Positions 47,055 to 57,041 of a DNA stretch of 64,000 nucleotides are shown piece after piece. The stretch's first letter is position 1. Each line of letters starts with the position of its first letter. Below the pieces are notes generated by a model, which saw only the letters and a program-made list of their open reading frames with translations, was not told where the DNA came from and did not search any database. Position numbers and translations under genes: made by a program. Source of the stretch: Bacteriovoracia bacterium (GTDB lineage Bacteria > Bdellovibrionota > UBA1018 > CAIPTA01); assembly GCA_050246755.1 (NCBI GenBank), contig JBFWVL010000006.1, positions 32,001-96,000 on the forward strand, written 5' to 3'.

Positions 47055-49124
47055 TTGATCCTCATTTTCGGAGCCTGGTTTCTATGGTTCGGCTGGAAAC
47101 CGGGAATTATATTTTCGGCGGGAGATGGCCTGGATTATGCGTATCCCGCGATTCATTTTTTAAAAGAAAATGTAACAAAAAATATTTACTACGATCCTTC
47201 CTGGCTAGGCGGGGCGAAAGTGGAAGGGGTTTGGGCAAGCCCTTGGTTCCTTAGTTTGCCCCTGCGTCTCGGGCTAAGCACGCCTTCCCTATTTTTTCTC
47301 TGCTTTTTCGTGCCGCAGGTATTGCTCGCGTTTGCTTCCTTACGATTCTTGGAAAGCTTGGGCGCGGGTGTCTCCGATTTTCGCCCGGCGAATATCCTCA
47401 AGAAAATCTCCTGGATATTCCTAGTTGCCTTCCCGCCTTTTCTCGGCTGGTCGTTCCTGGAAGGGCGATTTTTCTTTCCCTCTCTGTTCGCGCTGGCGGT
47501 TTGCGCCTTGTTCGCGAGTATCTGCCGAAGACAACTCAGCGTTTTCTCGGCTTTGGTATTGGTGGCTACCTTGGTGAGCACGGCGCAAAGCGTATCGTAC
47601 CAGCAGTTTATTTCGGCGGCCTACGTCAGCCTTCCATTCCTATCGATTTTGGCCTGGAAACTTAAGCCCGGGAAATTCGAGCTGGCGATTTTTTTTACCC
47701 TAGGTGCAGTGGCCGCGCTCTGGTGTCTCCGTCAGCAGCTAGAAATGCTCGCGCATTTTATGGGTGCCGACGCTTCCCGCTCGGAAAAGGGCGCGCAAAT
47801 TGTCTTCTCCTTCGTGGTGATGAACTGGCGCGACTGGCTTGCCTCGATTTTCTGGCATAGAGAGCTGCTAACGCCGCGGCGGCCCATGATCGAGATTACC
47901 GAAACGAATATCGCTTTCGGTCCCTTGTTGATTTTTCTCCTGGCCGGCTGGAGCTCTAGCCGCTGGCGCAGCTTGGGTTGGGCGGCACTGGGGCTATTCG
48001 TGGTTTTAGCGGCATTCGCTTCGAATGTATTTCCTGTTCCGTCGCTCCTATTTTTTCTCGCGCCTCCGCTGGAATATTTTCGCGTGCCGGTGCGCACGAT
48101 TTTTCCTCTCCTTTACTGTGCCCTGCCGATCGCGCTCTTTTTCCTCGAGGAGGCTAGGGCGCCCGGAACGGTAAAAAAATCATGGGCGGCGAGCTGGATC
48201 CTTCTTCTGAGTTTGGCCGTATACTTTAGCCCACCTCCGATCAGAGAGGGAATGGTTTGGATTTTAGTGGCGGCATTGGTGTGGAAAAAATCCGCTAAAA
48301 AATTCGGCAGTGAGGTTTTCCTTTTTCCGCTCGCGCTGGCGTCACTGCTGGCATTCGGCGCAAGACTAGCCTTTACTCACGACCTCAGTGAAACGGACGC
48401 GAATGCCCAGGCGCTCAGGGAGAAAATCCTGAGGGAGGCGCCCGAGCTTAAAAACCCTCTCGTGCGCGCCACGCTAGATTTTCAGGACAAAAAATTTCAC
48501 GCCAACACGGCGCACGTATTAGGAATTTCTTCCCTCGACGGATACTGGCAGCCACTAAAATCTTTTAACTCTATCGCCAGCGACGCTTACCGCGTTCCGG
48601 CCAATCCTCTCGCGCTGAATTTTCGCATCCCAAATTCGGAGCCGGCCTCGGAAAAACTATTCAAGCTTTACAACGTGAAATATCGCCTTCGCCTGGAAGC
48701 CGACGGCACATTGCGGGTGAGGCCCGTGGATTCTAAAGGAACGAGTGCGTGGCTGCTCCAGAGCGGCGCAGATTTGCCCTGCGGAGATGGCCAGGTAAAA
48801 GCGCTCCGCATCCTCGACGCTTATTTTTCTTTGGAGACTGAGGTGCAGAACGCCGGCGGCTGCCGCCTCGTGTTTGCGAGCAACTTCGCCGAAAATATAC
48901 TTGCCACCGATGAGGGAGGAAAAATTTTACCCACGCGGCCGGCGCTCGGCGGCCTCTTGGCCGTGCAATTACCTGAACATGTGGAACGCGTGAGCTTACG
49001 GGCCGTTTCCTCCGCGCCGGCTTGGACGAGGTTTTCTCAAATTTTAGGTGGGATATTATTCTTTCTGGCTATTGCGCTCTGGCGCCGCCGTTATCCTCGC
49101 CGCCTTCATCATCGGGCGGGATAA
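47055..49124 (+). CDS. YfhO-like / GT-C polytopic membrane protein
   Basis: Many TMs, GDG..Y..P loop, FRVPVR, SLDGY, LYNVKY, C-terminal TM. Confidence 0.65.
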   Translation: MILIFGAWFLWFGWKPGIIFSAGDGLDYAYPAIHFLKENVTKNIYYDPSWLGGAKVEGVWASPWFLSLPLRLGLSTPSLFFLCFFVPQVLLAFASLRFLESLGAGVSDFRPANILKKISWIFLVAFPPFLGWSFLEGRFFFPSLFALAVCALFASICRRQLSVFSALVLVATLVSTAQSVSYQQFISAAYVSLPFLSILAWKLKPGKFELAIFFTLGAVAALWCLRQQLEMLAHFMGADASRSEKGAQIVFSFVVMNWRDWLASIFWHRELLTPRRPMIEITETNIAFGPLLIFLLAGWSSSRWRSLGWAALGLFVVLAAFASNVFPVPSLLFFLAPPLEYFRVPVRTIFPLLYCALPIALFFLEEARAPGTVKKSWAASWILLLSLAVYFSPPPIREGMVWILVAALVWKKSAKKFGSEVFLFPLALASLLAFGARLAFTHDLSETDANAQALREKILREAPELKNPLVRATLDFQDKKFHANTAHVLGISSLDGYWQPLKSFNSIASDAYRVPANPLALNFRIPNSEPASEKLFKLYNVKYRLRLEADGTLRVRPVDSKGTSAWLLQSGADLPCGDGQVKALRILDAYFSLETEVQNAGGCRLVFASNFAENILATDEGGKILPTRPALGGLLAVQLPEHVERVSLRAVSSAPAWTRFSQILGGILFFLAIALWRRRYPRRLHHRAG

Positions 49125-49935
49125 TCGGCTCTCCCGGGGAAGAGCATTGCAGTAGTTCCGGCAGTGGGCTGAGCGTAGGGATGGCGCGCAGCTGCTCCGT
49201 GGACAAAGCCGGGGCTTCTCCGTTTTCTCCGCTCAAGTAAAAATCGCTGATTTCTTTGCCGGTGGCAGCAGAAATTTTTTCCAGGTAGCTGCGCTCTACT
49301 TCCAAAGGAGAATCGCCGGCAATCTTTGCGCCGACGCTACCCGTCCAGTCGTATACTTTCGTTTGTTCTATGAAAATAGGATTTTTTTCGCTTCCGCAGG
49401 GAACATCGTAACTCACAAAACGATTTGAAAATTCCAATTGCTGCGGCGATAGCCAGCGATACTCCAGACGGAGGCCCGATTCGCTTTGTGCCACCAACCG
49501 TTCCCGCGTATGTTCTTTAATCAAGTAGGTTTCGGTTGTGCCGTCGGTTTCAGTGAGCACGAGGGATTCGCAGCCGTTCTGGATGATGTTCAAATCGTCC
49601 TGGAGCTGGCTCACGTTCACCGGTGTGAACTGAAAAGCGCCAAAGGCGAAGAGCACTTCAAAATTGGCACGGATTTTTTTCTTCGAGCTGAATTGAATTT
49701 TTTTAGAAATTTCTAATCCGGTGATATCGGCGCTGATCTTTCGCAGGTTCTGTAGGTATTTAGGAATACTTAGGCAGCCTTGGGTATTAACGGATTCTTC
49801 TAAAGAAACAGATGTCCTGGCTGGAACGTGGTTTTGGGTATTTTCCGAGTCCCTATTCTTTCCGCAAGAGAGAACAGTGAGGGAGAAAATAAATAACCAG
49901 TTGGATCGGCGACACAGATTCGTGAGCGAAGGCAT
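49069..49935 (-). CDS. Hypothetical lipoprotein
   Basis: Lipobox VLSC; start placed downstream of the terminator. Confidence 0.65.
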   Translation of the reverse strand: MPSLTNLCRRSNWLFIFSLTVLSCGKNRDSENTQNHVPARTSVSLEESVNTQGCLSIPKYLQNLRKISADITGLEISKKIQFSSKKKIRANFEVLFAFGAFQFTPVNVSQLQDDLNIIQNGCESLVLTETDGTTETYLIKEHTRERLVAQSESGLRLEYRWLSPQQLEFSNRFVSYDVPCGSEKNPIFIEQTKVYDWTGSVGAKIAGDSPLEVERSYLEKISAATGKEISDFYLSGENGEAPALSTEQLRAIPTLSPLPELLQCSSPGEPIIPPDDEGGEDNGGARAQ

Positions 49936-49955
49936 TGGCGAAACTCCATCTCCAT

Positions 49956-49988
49956 AGAAAAAGGGAGGCGGCTTGCACCGCCCCCCTT
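49956..49988 (-). terminator. Rho-independent terminator
   Basis: AAGGGAGGCGG-CTTGCA-CCGCCCCCCTT stem followed by a T-run on the minus strand. Confidence 0.7.
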
Positions 49989-50016
49989 CCTGCATTCTTG
50001 TTCTTATTTTAGCGGC

Positions 50017-50784
50017 TTATACTTTCGAGCCCTGATCCTGGCCTTTGTCTTCGCCTTTAGCAGGCTCTTCTACTTTGCCTTGGTCTTGGCCTTTATCTTG
50101 ATCCTGGCCTTTGCCTTGGTCTTCGTCTTTAGGCTGAGCAATCTCGCGGAGATTCATGGTGAAGGAAACAAGCTTGCAAGATTGTACTTCGCCCTTGTCT
50201 TCGCCTTTATCTTGGTCCGACCCCAGCGCCACGATTTTGCCTTGGTCTTGGCCTTTATCTTGATCCTGGTCTTGGCCTTTGTCTTCTTCTTTCGGAGCCA
50301 TGCACTCCTTAAGATTTACCGTTACGGTGCCCGTAGAGAGACCCTGATCGGCCGCTTCGTGAGTATACGAGAGGCTTTCCACGGTCATCCCCGATTTCGA
50401 AAATACGATCGAAGGGCTAGCTTCGTGAAGGTCGGCGGCCAAGATCAATTCTTCTCCCGACCAGAATTCGAGATTCTGCGCGCGAGTCTCCACGGCTTTA
50501 GAAATCGACGTCAACTCGGCCACGTTGGCGGCGAGGGTAGGGTAGCCTTCGAAGGTTGTGTCGTCGACCACGTCCACTGATTGCCCGTCGACCATCATCG
50601 AGCCTTTTTCTACGGTGAATGCATAGGCCGCAATGCCGCGCTCATAGGCTGGGTTGGAGTCGGCTAAGGCCGGTGCGGCTTTGGCGTTGCCGGAAGTGAG
50701 GGTATTGCTGTCGTTGCTGCCACTGCTGCAAGCGGCAAGAGAGCAGATGGCGAGAGCTCCGATAAATAGATTTCCTAATTTCAT
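50017..50784 (-). CDS. Lipoprotein with DKGQDQGK-type Gln/Lys/Asp repeats
   Basis: Lipobox LAAC; repeated DKGQDQ units; GGAGGA RBS. Confidence 0.8.
   Translation of the reverse strand: MKLGNLFIGALAICSLAACSSGSNDSNTLTSGNAKAAPALADSNPAYERGIAAYAFTVEKGSMMVDGQSVDVVDDTTFEGYPTLAANVAELTSISKAVETRAQNLEFWSGEELILAADLHEASPSIVFSKSGMTVESLSYTHEAADQGLSTGTVTVNLKECMAPKEEDKGQDQDQDKGQDQGKIVALGSDQDKGEDKGEVQSCKLVSFTMNLREIAQPKDEDQGKGQDQDKGQDQGKVEEPAKGEDKGQDQGSKV
50074..50269. repeat. 34-bp exact direct repeat within the lipoprotein repeat region
   Basis: TTTGCCTTGGTCTTGGCCTTTATCTTGATCCTGG at 50074-50107 and 50236-50269. Confidence 0.85.
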
Positions 50785-50850
50785 TTTCTTAATCCTCCAA
50801 ATGAAGCCGAATAAATCGAGCCTCGTTAATTTTTAGTTCTTCGAGCCATT

Positions 50851-50866
50851 TGCAACTGCCGGACCA
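50851..50866 (-). promoter_or_regulatory. Sigma54-type promoter
   Basis: Minus strand TGGTCCGGCAGTTGCA, GG-N10-GC. Confidence 0.55.
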
Positions 50867-51039
50867 ATTTTTTTTCCGCGGATCATCTAACGCTTTCTCT
50901 CGAGAGAACCGATGCGCGCAAATTTTGCGGATATTTTCTCCACGGGCGGCTTGGTACGTCGTAACGAAATCGCCCCGTGTTCCCGGGGCGGTCTTACTCT
51001 CTGATCTTATTTTTCTCTGACGAATTTCCGCTGTCTGCC

Positions 51040-51055
51040 CGGCACCGACTTTGCG
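51040..51055 (+). promoter_or_regulatory. Sigma54-type promoter
   Basis: CGGCACCGACTTTGCG, GG-N10-GC. Confidence 0.55.
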
Positions 51056-51121
51056 TGAGCGGCAGTTTGGAAGAGGAAAAAAATTTTATTTTGAATCAAC
51101 GTAGAAGCCCAAGGGGAAATT

Positions 51122-52627
51122 ATGAAACCAGGAATGTTTATGAGTGTGGCGTTCATGCCGGTGGTGCTAGCGGTATTTTCTATTTCCGCAGTAGCCGAAA
51201 CCGCGGCTGATTACTTAAAGGAGTTTCATGAAAATCCTGCGGCGGTAATGCAGCGTTTGCCCAGTTGGGTCGATGAAAAGGGCAATGCTCACCGCCGCGG
51301 AATTATTGATCAGCATGAGGTAGAAAGGAGATTTTCCGATCGTAAGGCGGCCCGTGCTCATATAACCGGACGCCGCGCGGATAGCTCAATTATTGGCGGA
51401 GACGTTCCCGACTCCAAGGACGTTCCCGAAAAATTGGTGGAACCAGGCTCGGCGATAGTTCGCAACTTACCGGAGATGGACGCCCGCGCCCTGACCCAGG
51501 GAGTAGTTCCGGTATTGCCTTGGACGGATTCTTATTGGCCCATGTATAGAGGAATCATCGGCTATCGCTACGCAGATAAATCTTTTCCCAAGTCGAAAGA
51601 CTGGCAGACAAACTACCAGTACGTGCAGGCCAATCCGGCTAGCTCGATCGTGGCCACCGGCGATACCGCGCTCATCAACGCACTTTCTCCGGCGGAAAAA
51701 TACGATTTCGCTCTTGGGGATCCCAATTTTACGCTTACCCATTTTTCGTGGGCTACGGGCGAAAAGCATTTTACCGAGACGGGATCGGTGGCCAGCTGGA
51801 TGGGAATTTGCCACGGCTGGAGCGGGGCGGCGCACATGCAGAGCGTGATCACCGAAATTCCGGTGGAGGTGATCGCCAGCAGTGGCGTGAAGGTTACTTT
51901 CTTTCCCCAGGACGTGAAAGCCCTGCAATCGATGCTGTGGGCGAATGCTTCTCCACCGACCCGCTTCGTGGGGAATCGCTGCGATACACCAAAGCCGCCA
52001 AAGAACGCGTACGGACGCATCCTGGATCCCAACTGTTTTGATACCAATCCCGGTACCTGGCATACGGCGGTAGTAAACCAGCTGGGAATAAATCAGCGAA
52101 GCTTCGTGATGGATTCCACCTACGACGCGCAGGTCTGGAATTTTTCGCTTTCCAAATATAGGTATAAGTACATCAATCCCCAAACGTTCCAGGAAACCTC
52201 GAACCTCGCCAGGGCCGCCATTTCCATCGAGCGTTTTACCTTGGATAAATTCAAGGAGTTCCGTTCTCCCGGTGTGCGTTTCGTGGTGGGAGTGGCGATG
52301 GACGCCTCTTACGTGAGCGATATTGCTCCCACGCGGGCGAACAAAGTGGAGCCCTCGCTGAAGACTCTGCGCTTTATTTACGACCTTGAGCTCGACGAGA
52401 ACTACAATATCATCGGCGGGGAATGGTATTCGAATGCGCACCCGGACTTTATGTGGACCTTCGATAAATCTGCGCAGGCCATGGCGCCAGGAGATGCCCA
52501 ACTGGCGAATGCCGATTGGACACTCGCCAGCCCAGTGCCGGCGGACTGGGCCGCGCCGGCGCAAAGAGCAGCTAGCCGGGGGGCGCCTCTATTCGCTTTC
52601 ATTCGCCGTTTGGTAGGTGCACCTTAG
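51122..52627 (+). CDS. Secreted transglutaminase-elicitor family protein
   Basis: Signal peptide; [25 protein letters not shown] (catalytic Cys), NPGTWH, VWNF, LELD..IIGGEW..HPDFMW. Confidence 0.8.
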   Translation: MKPGMFMSVAFMPVVLAVFSISAVAETAADYLKEFHENPAAVMQRLPSWVDEKGNAHRRGIIDQHEVERRFSDRKAARAHITGRRADSSIIGGDVPDSKDVPEKLVEPGSAIVRNLPEMDARALTQGVVPVLPWTDSYWPMYRGIIGYRYADKSFPKSKDWQTNYQYVQANPASSIVATGDTALINALSPAEKYDFALGDPNFTLTHFSWATGEKHFTETGSVASWMGICHGWSGAAHMQSVITEIPVEVIASSGVKVTFFPQDVKALQSMLWANASPPTRFVGNRCDTPKPPKNAYGRILDPNCFDTNPGTWHTAVVNQLGINQRSFVMDSTYDAQVWNFSLSKYRYKYINPQTFQETSNLARAAISIERFTLDKFKEFRSPGVRFVVGVAMDASYVSDIAPTRANKVEPSLKTLRFIYDLELDENYNIIGGEWYSNAHPDFMWTFDKSAQAMAPGDAQLANADWTLASPVPADWAAPAQRAASRGAPLFAFIRRLVGAP

Positions 52628-53403
52628 CCGAAATGGCCGGTGATATAATCTTCGGTCAGCTTCACGGTGGGGTTCGTGAAGATCTTGCCGGTTTCGTTAA
52701 ACTCGATAAGCTCGCCCATATACATAAAGGCGGTGTACTCCGAGGTACGGGCGGCCTGCTGCATATTGTGGGTCACGATCACCACGCAATATTCGGTGCG
52801 GATCTCGCCGATTAGCTCTTCGATGCGGGCGGTGGAGATAGGGTCGAGCGCAGAGGTGGGCTCGTCGAGGAGCAGTACTTCCGGGCGCACTGCGATCGCG
52901 CGGGCAATGCACAAGCGCTGCTGCTGGCCGCCGGAAAGGCTCATGCCGTTTTGTTTCAACTTATCTTTTACTTCGTTCCAGAGGGCCGCTTTCTGCAAAG
53001 CCCACTGCACGCGCTCTTCTAGCTCGGCCCAGGAAAGAGTCTCGTAAAGCTTCACGCCGAAGGCCACGTTATCGAAGATCGACATGGGGAATGGAGTGGG
53101 TTTTTGGAATACCATGCCGATCTTGGCGCGGATTTTATTAATGTCTTCGCGGGAATCGAGAATATTAGTGCCGTTGAACCCGATCTCACCCGTGGCTTTC
53201 TGTTTCGGATACAGCTCGTACATGCGGTTGAACGTGCGAAGGAGCGTGGATTTCCCGCAGCCCGAAGGGCCGATGAAGGCGGTAACGGTTTTATCGGGGA
53301 TGGTAAAATTCACGGATTTTACGGCGTGGAAACCACCGTAGAAAAAGTTGAGGTCTTTTACCTGCAATTTCGATATGCCTTTGGGGACCGCAATATTCGT
53401 CAT
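52624..53403 (-). CDS. pstB: Phosphate ABC ATPase
   Basis: [41 protein letters not shown]. Confidence 0.97.
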   Translation of the reverse strand: MTNIAVPKGISKLQVKDLNFFYGGFHAVKSVNFTIPDKTVTAFIGPSGCGKSTLLRTFNRMYELYPKQKATGEIGFNGTNILDSREDINKIRAKIGMVFQKPTPFPMSIFDNVAFGVKLYETLSWAELEERVQWALQKAALWNEVKDKLKQNGMSLSGGQQQRLCIARAIAVRPEVLLLDEPTSALDPISTARIEELIGEIRTEYCVVIVTHNMQQAARTSEYTAFMYMGELIEFNETGKIFTNPTVKLTEDYITGHFG

Positions 53404-53418
53404 CTGCTTCTCCAGTAT

Positions 53419-54261
53419 TTAGCCACGGCGCGCCCGGAGCGCAAAGCGGGCGATAATATTTAAAAATAAAACGGCGAGTGTGATCAAGAGGGCGCCGGCC
53501 CAGGCCAGATGCTGCCAGTCGTCGTAGGGGCTCATGGCGAACTGAAAGATCACTACGGGCAGGTTCGCCATCGGTTTATTGAGATCTGTATTCCAGAACT
53601 GGTTATTGAGGGCCGTAAACAGCAGCGGGGCGGATTCGCCGCTGATGCGGGCGATCCCGAGAAGTATACCGGTGAAAATACCGTTCCTGGCCGCGCGATA
53701 GGTTACCGATACGGTGATCTTCCACTGGGGAGCCCCCAGCGCGGCCGCGGCTTCGCGCAAGTTATTCGGCACTAGCAGCAGCATATTCTCGGTATTGCTC
53801 ACCACGAGGGGAATGAGAATCGTGGCGAGCGCGCAGGTGCCCGCCCAGCCGGAGAAATGCCCCATCCTGGCTACCACCACCGTGTAGATGAAAAATCCGA
53901 TCACCACGGAGGGCGCAGAGAGCAAAATACTGTTCACGAAGCGAATCACCTCGGCGAGCTTATTGTTGCGGCCGAATTCGGCGAGGTAGGTTCCCGCCAA
54001 AATTCCGATCGGCGTTCCGATCAGGGTGCCGATGCCGGTGAGCATAAGACTGCCCACGATCGCGTTTAGCAAGCCACCTTTGTTTCCGGGCGGAGGGGTC
54101 ATTTCGCGGAATACCGCCATCTGCAGGGCGGGGATTCCGTTGCGGAAAAGAGTAAATAAAATCGCGCCGAGAGCCAGGAGGCCGATCATCATCGCTAAGC
54201 AAGCCGCCCCGAGGCCAAGGCGGTTCACGATTTTTCGGCGTCGGTAAAGGGAAGCGTCCAT
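53419..54261 (-). CDS. pstA: Phosphate ABC permease PstA
   Basis: [33 protein letters not shown]. Confidence 0.95.
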   Translation of the reverse strand: MDASLYRRRKIVNRLGLGAACLAMMIGLLALGAILFTLFRNGIPALQMAVFREMTPPPGNKGGLLNAIVGSLMLTGIGTLIGTPIGILAGTYLAEFGRNNKLAEVIRFVNSILLSAPSVVIGFFIYTVVVARMGHFSGWAGTCALATILIPLVVSNTENMLLLVPNNLREAAAALGAPQWKITVSVTYRAARNGIFTGILLGIARISGESAPLLFTALNNQFWNTDLNKPMANLPVVIFQFAMSPYDDWQHLAWAGALLITLAVLFLNIIARFALRARRG

Positions 54262-55271
54262 TAGGTTTCCGCTCCGTCTCTGCGCTTCATGCGAATGAGT
54301 AATATTTTTGCGAGCGCCAACACGATGAAAGTGATCACGAAGAGGATGAGCCCGAGCTCGATCAGGGCGGAGGTGTAGAGCGTGCCCACAGCCTCGGTGA
54401 ACTCATTGGCGAGCGCCGACGAAATCGTATTGCCCGGCATGAGCAAAGAGCCGGATAGCTCGTGCGCATTTCCGATCACGAAGGTAACCGCCATGGTTTC
54501 TCCGAGGGCGCGGCCGAGGCCGAGCATAATTCCGCCGATCACGCCCAGTTTGGTATGAGGAAGTACCACGCGCCAGGCCACTTCCCAGGTGGTGGCGCCC
54601 AGGCCGTAGGCGGATTCTTTGAGCATCGGCGGAACTACGTCGAACACATCGCGCATTACCGAAGAAATAAAAGGAATGATCATGATCGCCAGGATCATTC
54701 CCGCCGTGAACATACCGATGCCTAGGGGCGGGCCTTGGAATAAAGTGCCCACTATCGGCCAGGCGCCCAGATTGGCAACTAGCCAAGGGTGAATATTTTT
54801 CGCGAAGAAAGGGGCGAACACGAAAAGCCCCCACATGCCGTAAATAATGCTGGGAATGGCGGCGAGCAGTTCGATGGCGATGCCGAGTGGAATTCTCAGC
54901 ACGCGGGGGGAGAGCTCGGTGAGAAAAAGGGCGATCCCGAAACTGATCGGAACTCCGATCAGCAGCGCAATCCCGGAAGTGACCAAGGTTCCGAAGATAG
55001 GAACACCGGCGCCGAATGCTTCGGCCACGGGATCCCAGTGCGTATTGAAGAAAAAGCCCCAGCCGAAAGCCTTGATCGCCGGAAGACTGCCGTGGACAAG
55101 GGCGGCGACGATGGCCAGGAGAAGAGCGAGCACGAATAGGGCAAAGAAAAGAGTCGACGCCCGAAAAATTCGATTGATCCAGCGCTGTTGTTTTAGGCGT
55201 AAATCGATGCGGGCCAAAGAGAGCGAACCATCCTTCTCCGTCACGAGGTTACTCTCGCGCGTATGATCCAT
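54261..55271 (-). CDS. pstC: Phosphate ABC permease PstC
   Basis: [28 protein letters not shown]. Confidence 0.95.
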   Translation of the reverse strand: MDHTRESNLVTEKDGSLSLARIDLRLKQQRWINRIFRASTLFFALFVLALLLAIVAALVHGSLPAIKAFGWGFFFNTHWDPVAEAFGAGVPIFGTLVTSGIALLIGVPISFGIALFLTELSPRVLRIPLGIAIELLAAIPSIIYGMWGLFVFAPFFAKNIHPWLVANLGAWPIVGTLFQGPPLGIGMFTAGMILAIMIIPFISSVMRDVFDVVPPMLKESAYGLGATTWEVAWRVVLPHTKLGVIGGIMLGLGRALGETMAVTFVIGNAHELSGSLLMPGNTISSALANEFTEAVGTLYTSALIELGLILFVITFIVLALAKILLIRMKRRDGAET

Positions 55272-55319
55272 GATAGTCCGCCCGCTCCGTATGACGCTGC
55301 ACGAAAAAGCGTTTGATCA

Positions 55320-56336
55320 CTAATTCTTCAGCTCGTCTTTCCAGGTTTTCTCGACGAGTTTCGATACCTTTGCCGGTACCGGTACATAATGGAGCTCTTC
55401 CGCCATGGTCTTTCCGTTGGCGAAAGCCCAACGGAAGAATTTCACGGCTTCCTTGGCTTGTTCCGCATTGCTAGGGTCCTTACGCATGAGCACGAAGGTA
55501 GAGCCGGCGATCGGCCAGCTACCGGCACCGGGGGCGTCGGTAAGGATGAGGTAATAGTTCTTTGCCTTAGCCCAGTCGGCGCCAGCCGCGGCGGCTTCGA
55601 AGGATTTGCTATTGGGCTCAACGAACTTTCCGGCCGCATTCTTCATCTGCGCGAAAGCTATTTTATTCTGAAGCGCGTACGCATATTCCACGTAACCGAT
55701 CGAGCCTTCGATTTGCTTTACGTAGGAGGCCACGCCTTCGTTTCCTTTGCCTCCCACACCAGTAGGCCAGTTCACGGCGCTGCCTTCACCCACCTTGGAT
55801 TTCCATTCTTCGCTGACTTTCGAGAGGTAGTTGGTGAAGATGAAAGAGCTGCCCGAACCGTCGGAGCGGTGAACGATGCTAACCGCGGTGGCGGGAAGCT
55901 TCACTCCCGGATTCAGTTTGGAGATCGCGGCGTCGTTCCAGGTTTTTACTTTGCCGAGGAAAATATCGGCGAGCACAGGCCCCGAAAGTTTTAACTGACC
56001 CGAAGCTACGCCGGGAACATTGATGATGGGAACGAGGGCGCCGTTGATGATGGGAAACTGCACGAGATGATCTTTTTCGAGATCTTCCGCCTTGAGAGGC
56101 ATGTCGGTGGCGCCGAAATCCACGGTCTTGCCTTGAATTTGCTTGATGCCGCCGCCCGAACCGATGGACTGGTAATTCACCGAGCTTCCCGTTGCCTTTT
56201 TATAAGCGTCGGCCCATTTAGCGATCACGGGGTAAACGAAAGTAGAGCCGGCTCCGGTTACGTCAACGGCGAAGGCCGAAGGCATCGCTAGAAAGGCCGC
56301 GAGCGCGAGAGCAATAGAAAGGCGTGGAATGGGCAT
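55320..56336 (-). CDS. pstS: Phosphate-binding protein PstS
   Basis: GAGSTF, YQSIGSGGG, HRSDGSG, GKGNEGVA. Confidence 0.97.
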   Translation of the reverse strand: MPIPRLSIALALAAFLAMPSAFAVDVTGAGSTFVYPVIAKWADAYKKATGSSVNYQSIGSGGGIKQIQGKTVDFGATDMPLKAEDLEKDHLVQFPIINGALVPIINVPGVASGQLKLSGPVLADIFLGKVKTWNDAAISKLNPGVKLPATAVSIVHRSDGSGSSFIFTNYLSKVSEEWKSKVGEGSAVNWPTGVGGKGNEGVASYVKQIEGSIGYVEYAYALQNKIAFAQMKNAAGKFVEPNSKSFEAAAAGADWAKAKNYYLILTDAPGAGSWPIAGSTFVLMRKDPSNAEQAKEAVKFFRWAFANGKTMAEELHYVPVPAKVSKLVEKTWKDELKN

Positions 56337-56451
56337 GGATTTCCTCCAGAGAAAGTAGAATTGTTTTGTCTATAATTTATAGGGTCATGGACCACTGCGT
56401 TCAATAGGAAATACCTTCCCAATCAATTCCTAATAATCGAATATTTGTGCG

Positions 56452-56467
56452 TGGCACGATGGTTGCT
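56452..56467 (+). promoter_or_regulatory. Sigma54 promoter
   Basis: TGGCACGATGGTTGCT, near-perfect -24/-12 consensus. Confidence 0.7.
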
Positions 56468-56498
56468 CTATGGGCCTTGGGGCAGTTAAGGGGGCAAA

Positions 56499-57041
56499 GT
56501 GGTGCGTGTGCAGCGAAAAAATGAAAATGATCACCTAAGGTTGGTGGCCAATCGGGAAAAGAAGCAGGCGTTTCAGCGTTCAGCCGTGGACCGCAACCGA
56601 GGTTCCGTGGTTTTGGGCTTCCGCCTTTTGCAATTCGCGCTGGCCATACTTTTGGCGGGAGCGGGGGCCGATAAAATTTTCCAGGCTTCTTTAACCTGGA
56701 ACCAATACGTTCCCGCGATCTTGCCTTGGCTCTTCGGGATGGACGTTTCGTCTTTTCTCGCCGTGATTGGATTGTTCGAAGTAGCTCTGGCGCTCGGGCT
56801 GGTACTTGCCCCAGGGTATTTTGGCGGAGTGGTTTCTCTCTGGCTTTTATTGGCGAATTTCAACTTAGTGGCCAGCGGAAACTTCTTAGACCTTGGTTTA
56901 CGAGATCTTTCGCTCGCGATCTGTGCCTTTGCGCTGGGCTCTCTTGGGCAAATCCCAGAAATTTCCACCTTGCATCGAATTAAGCCGAGGCGCTTTCGCC
57001 TTCTTGTATCGAAGAATCCGCGATTTCAAGCAGCCCAATAG
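56499..57041 (+). CDS. DoxX-like membrane protein
   Basis: GADK...W..Y, IGLFE, DLGLRDL. Confidence 0.7.
   Translation: MVRVQRKNENDHLRLVANREKKQAFQRSAVDRNRGSVVLGFRLLQFALAILLAGAGADKIFQASLTWNQYVPAILPWLFGMDVSSFLAVIGLFEVALALGLVLAPGYFGGVVSLWLLLANFNLVASGNFLDLGLRDLSLAICAFALGSLGQIPEISTLHRIKPRRFRLLVSKNPRFQAAQ

Noticed and set aside
50017-50290. Tandem repeats as CRISPR or non-coding VNTR
   Set aside because: They are in-frame coding repeats of the lipoprotein, with no spacer structure.
51467-52564. 365-aa minus-strand ORF and similar long antisense ORFs (e.g. 12452-13291, 13886-14779, 43590-44432)
   Set aside because: Shadow ORFs opposite well-supported genes in GC-rich DNA, with no motifs.
56340-56400. 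PHO box upstream of pstS (also sought upstream of phoU)
   Set aside because: I could not find a convincing 11-bp-spaced CTGTCAT-type repeat.
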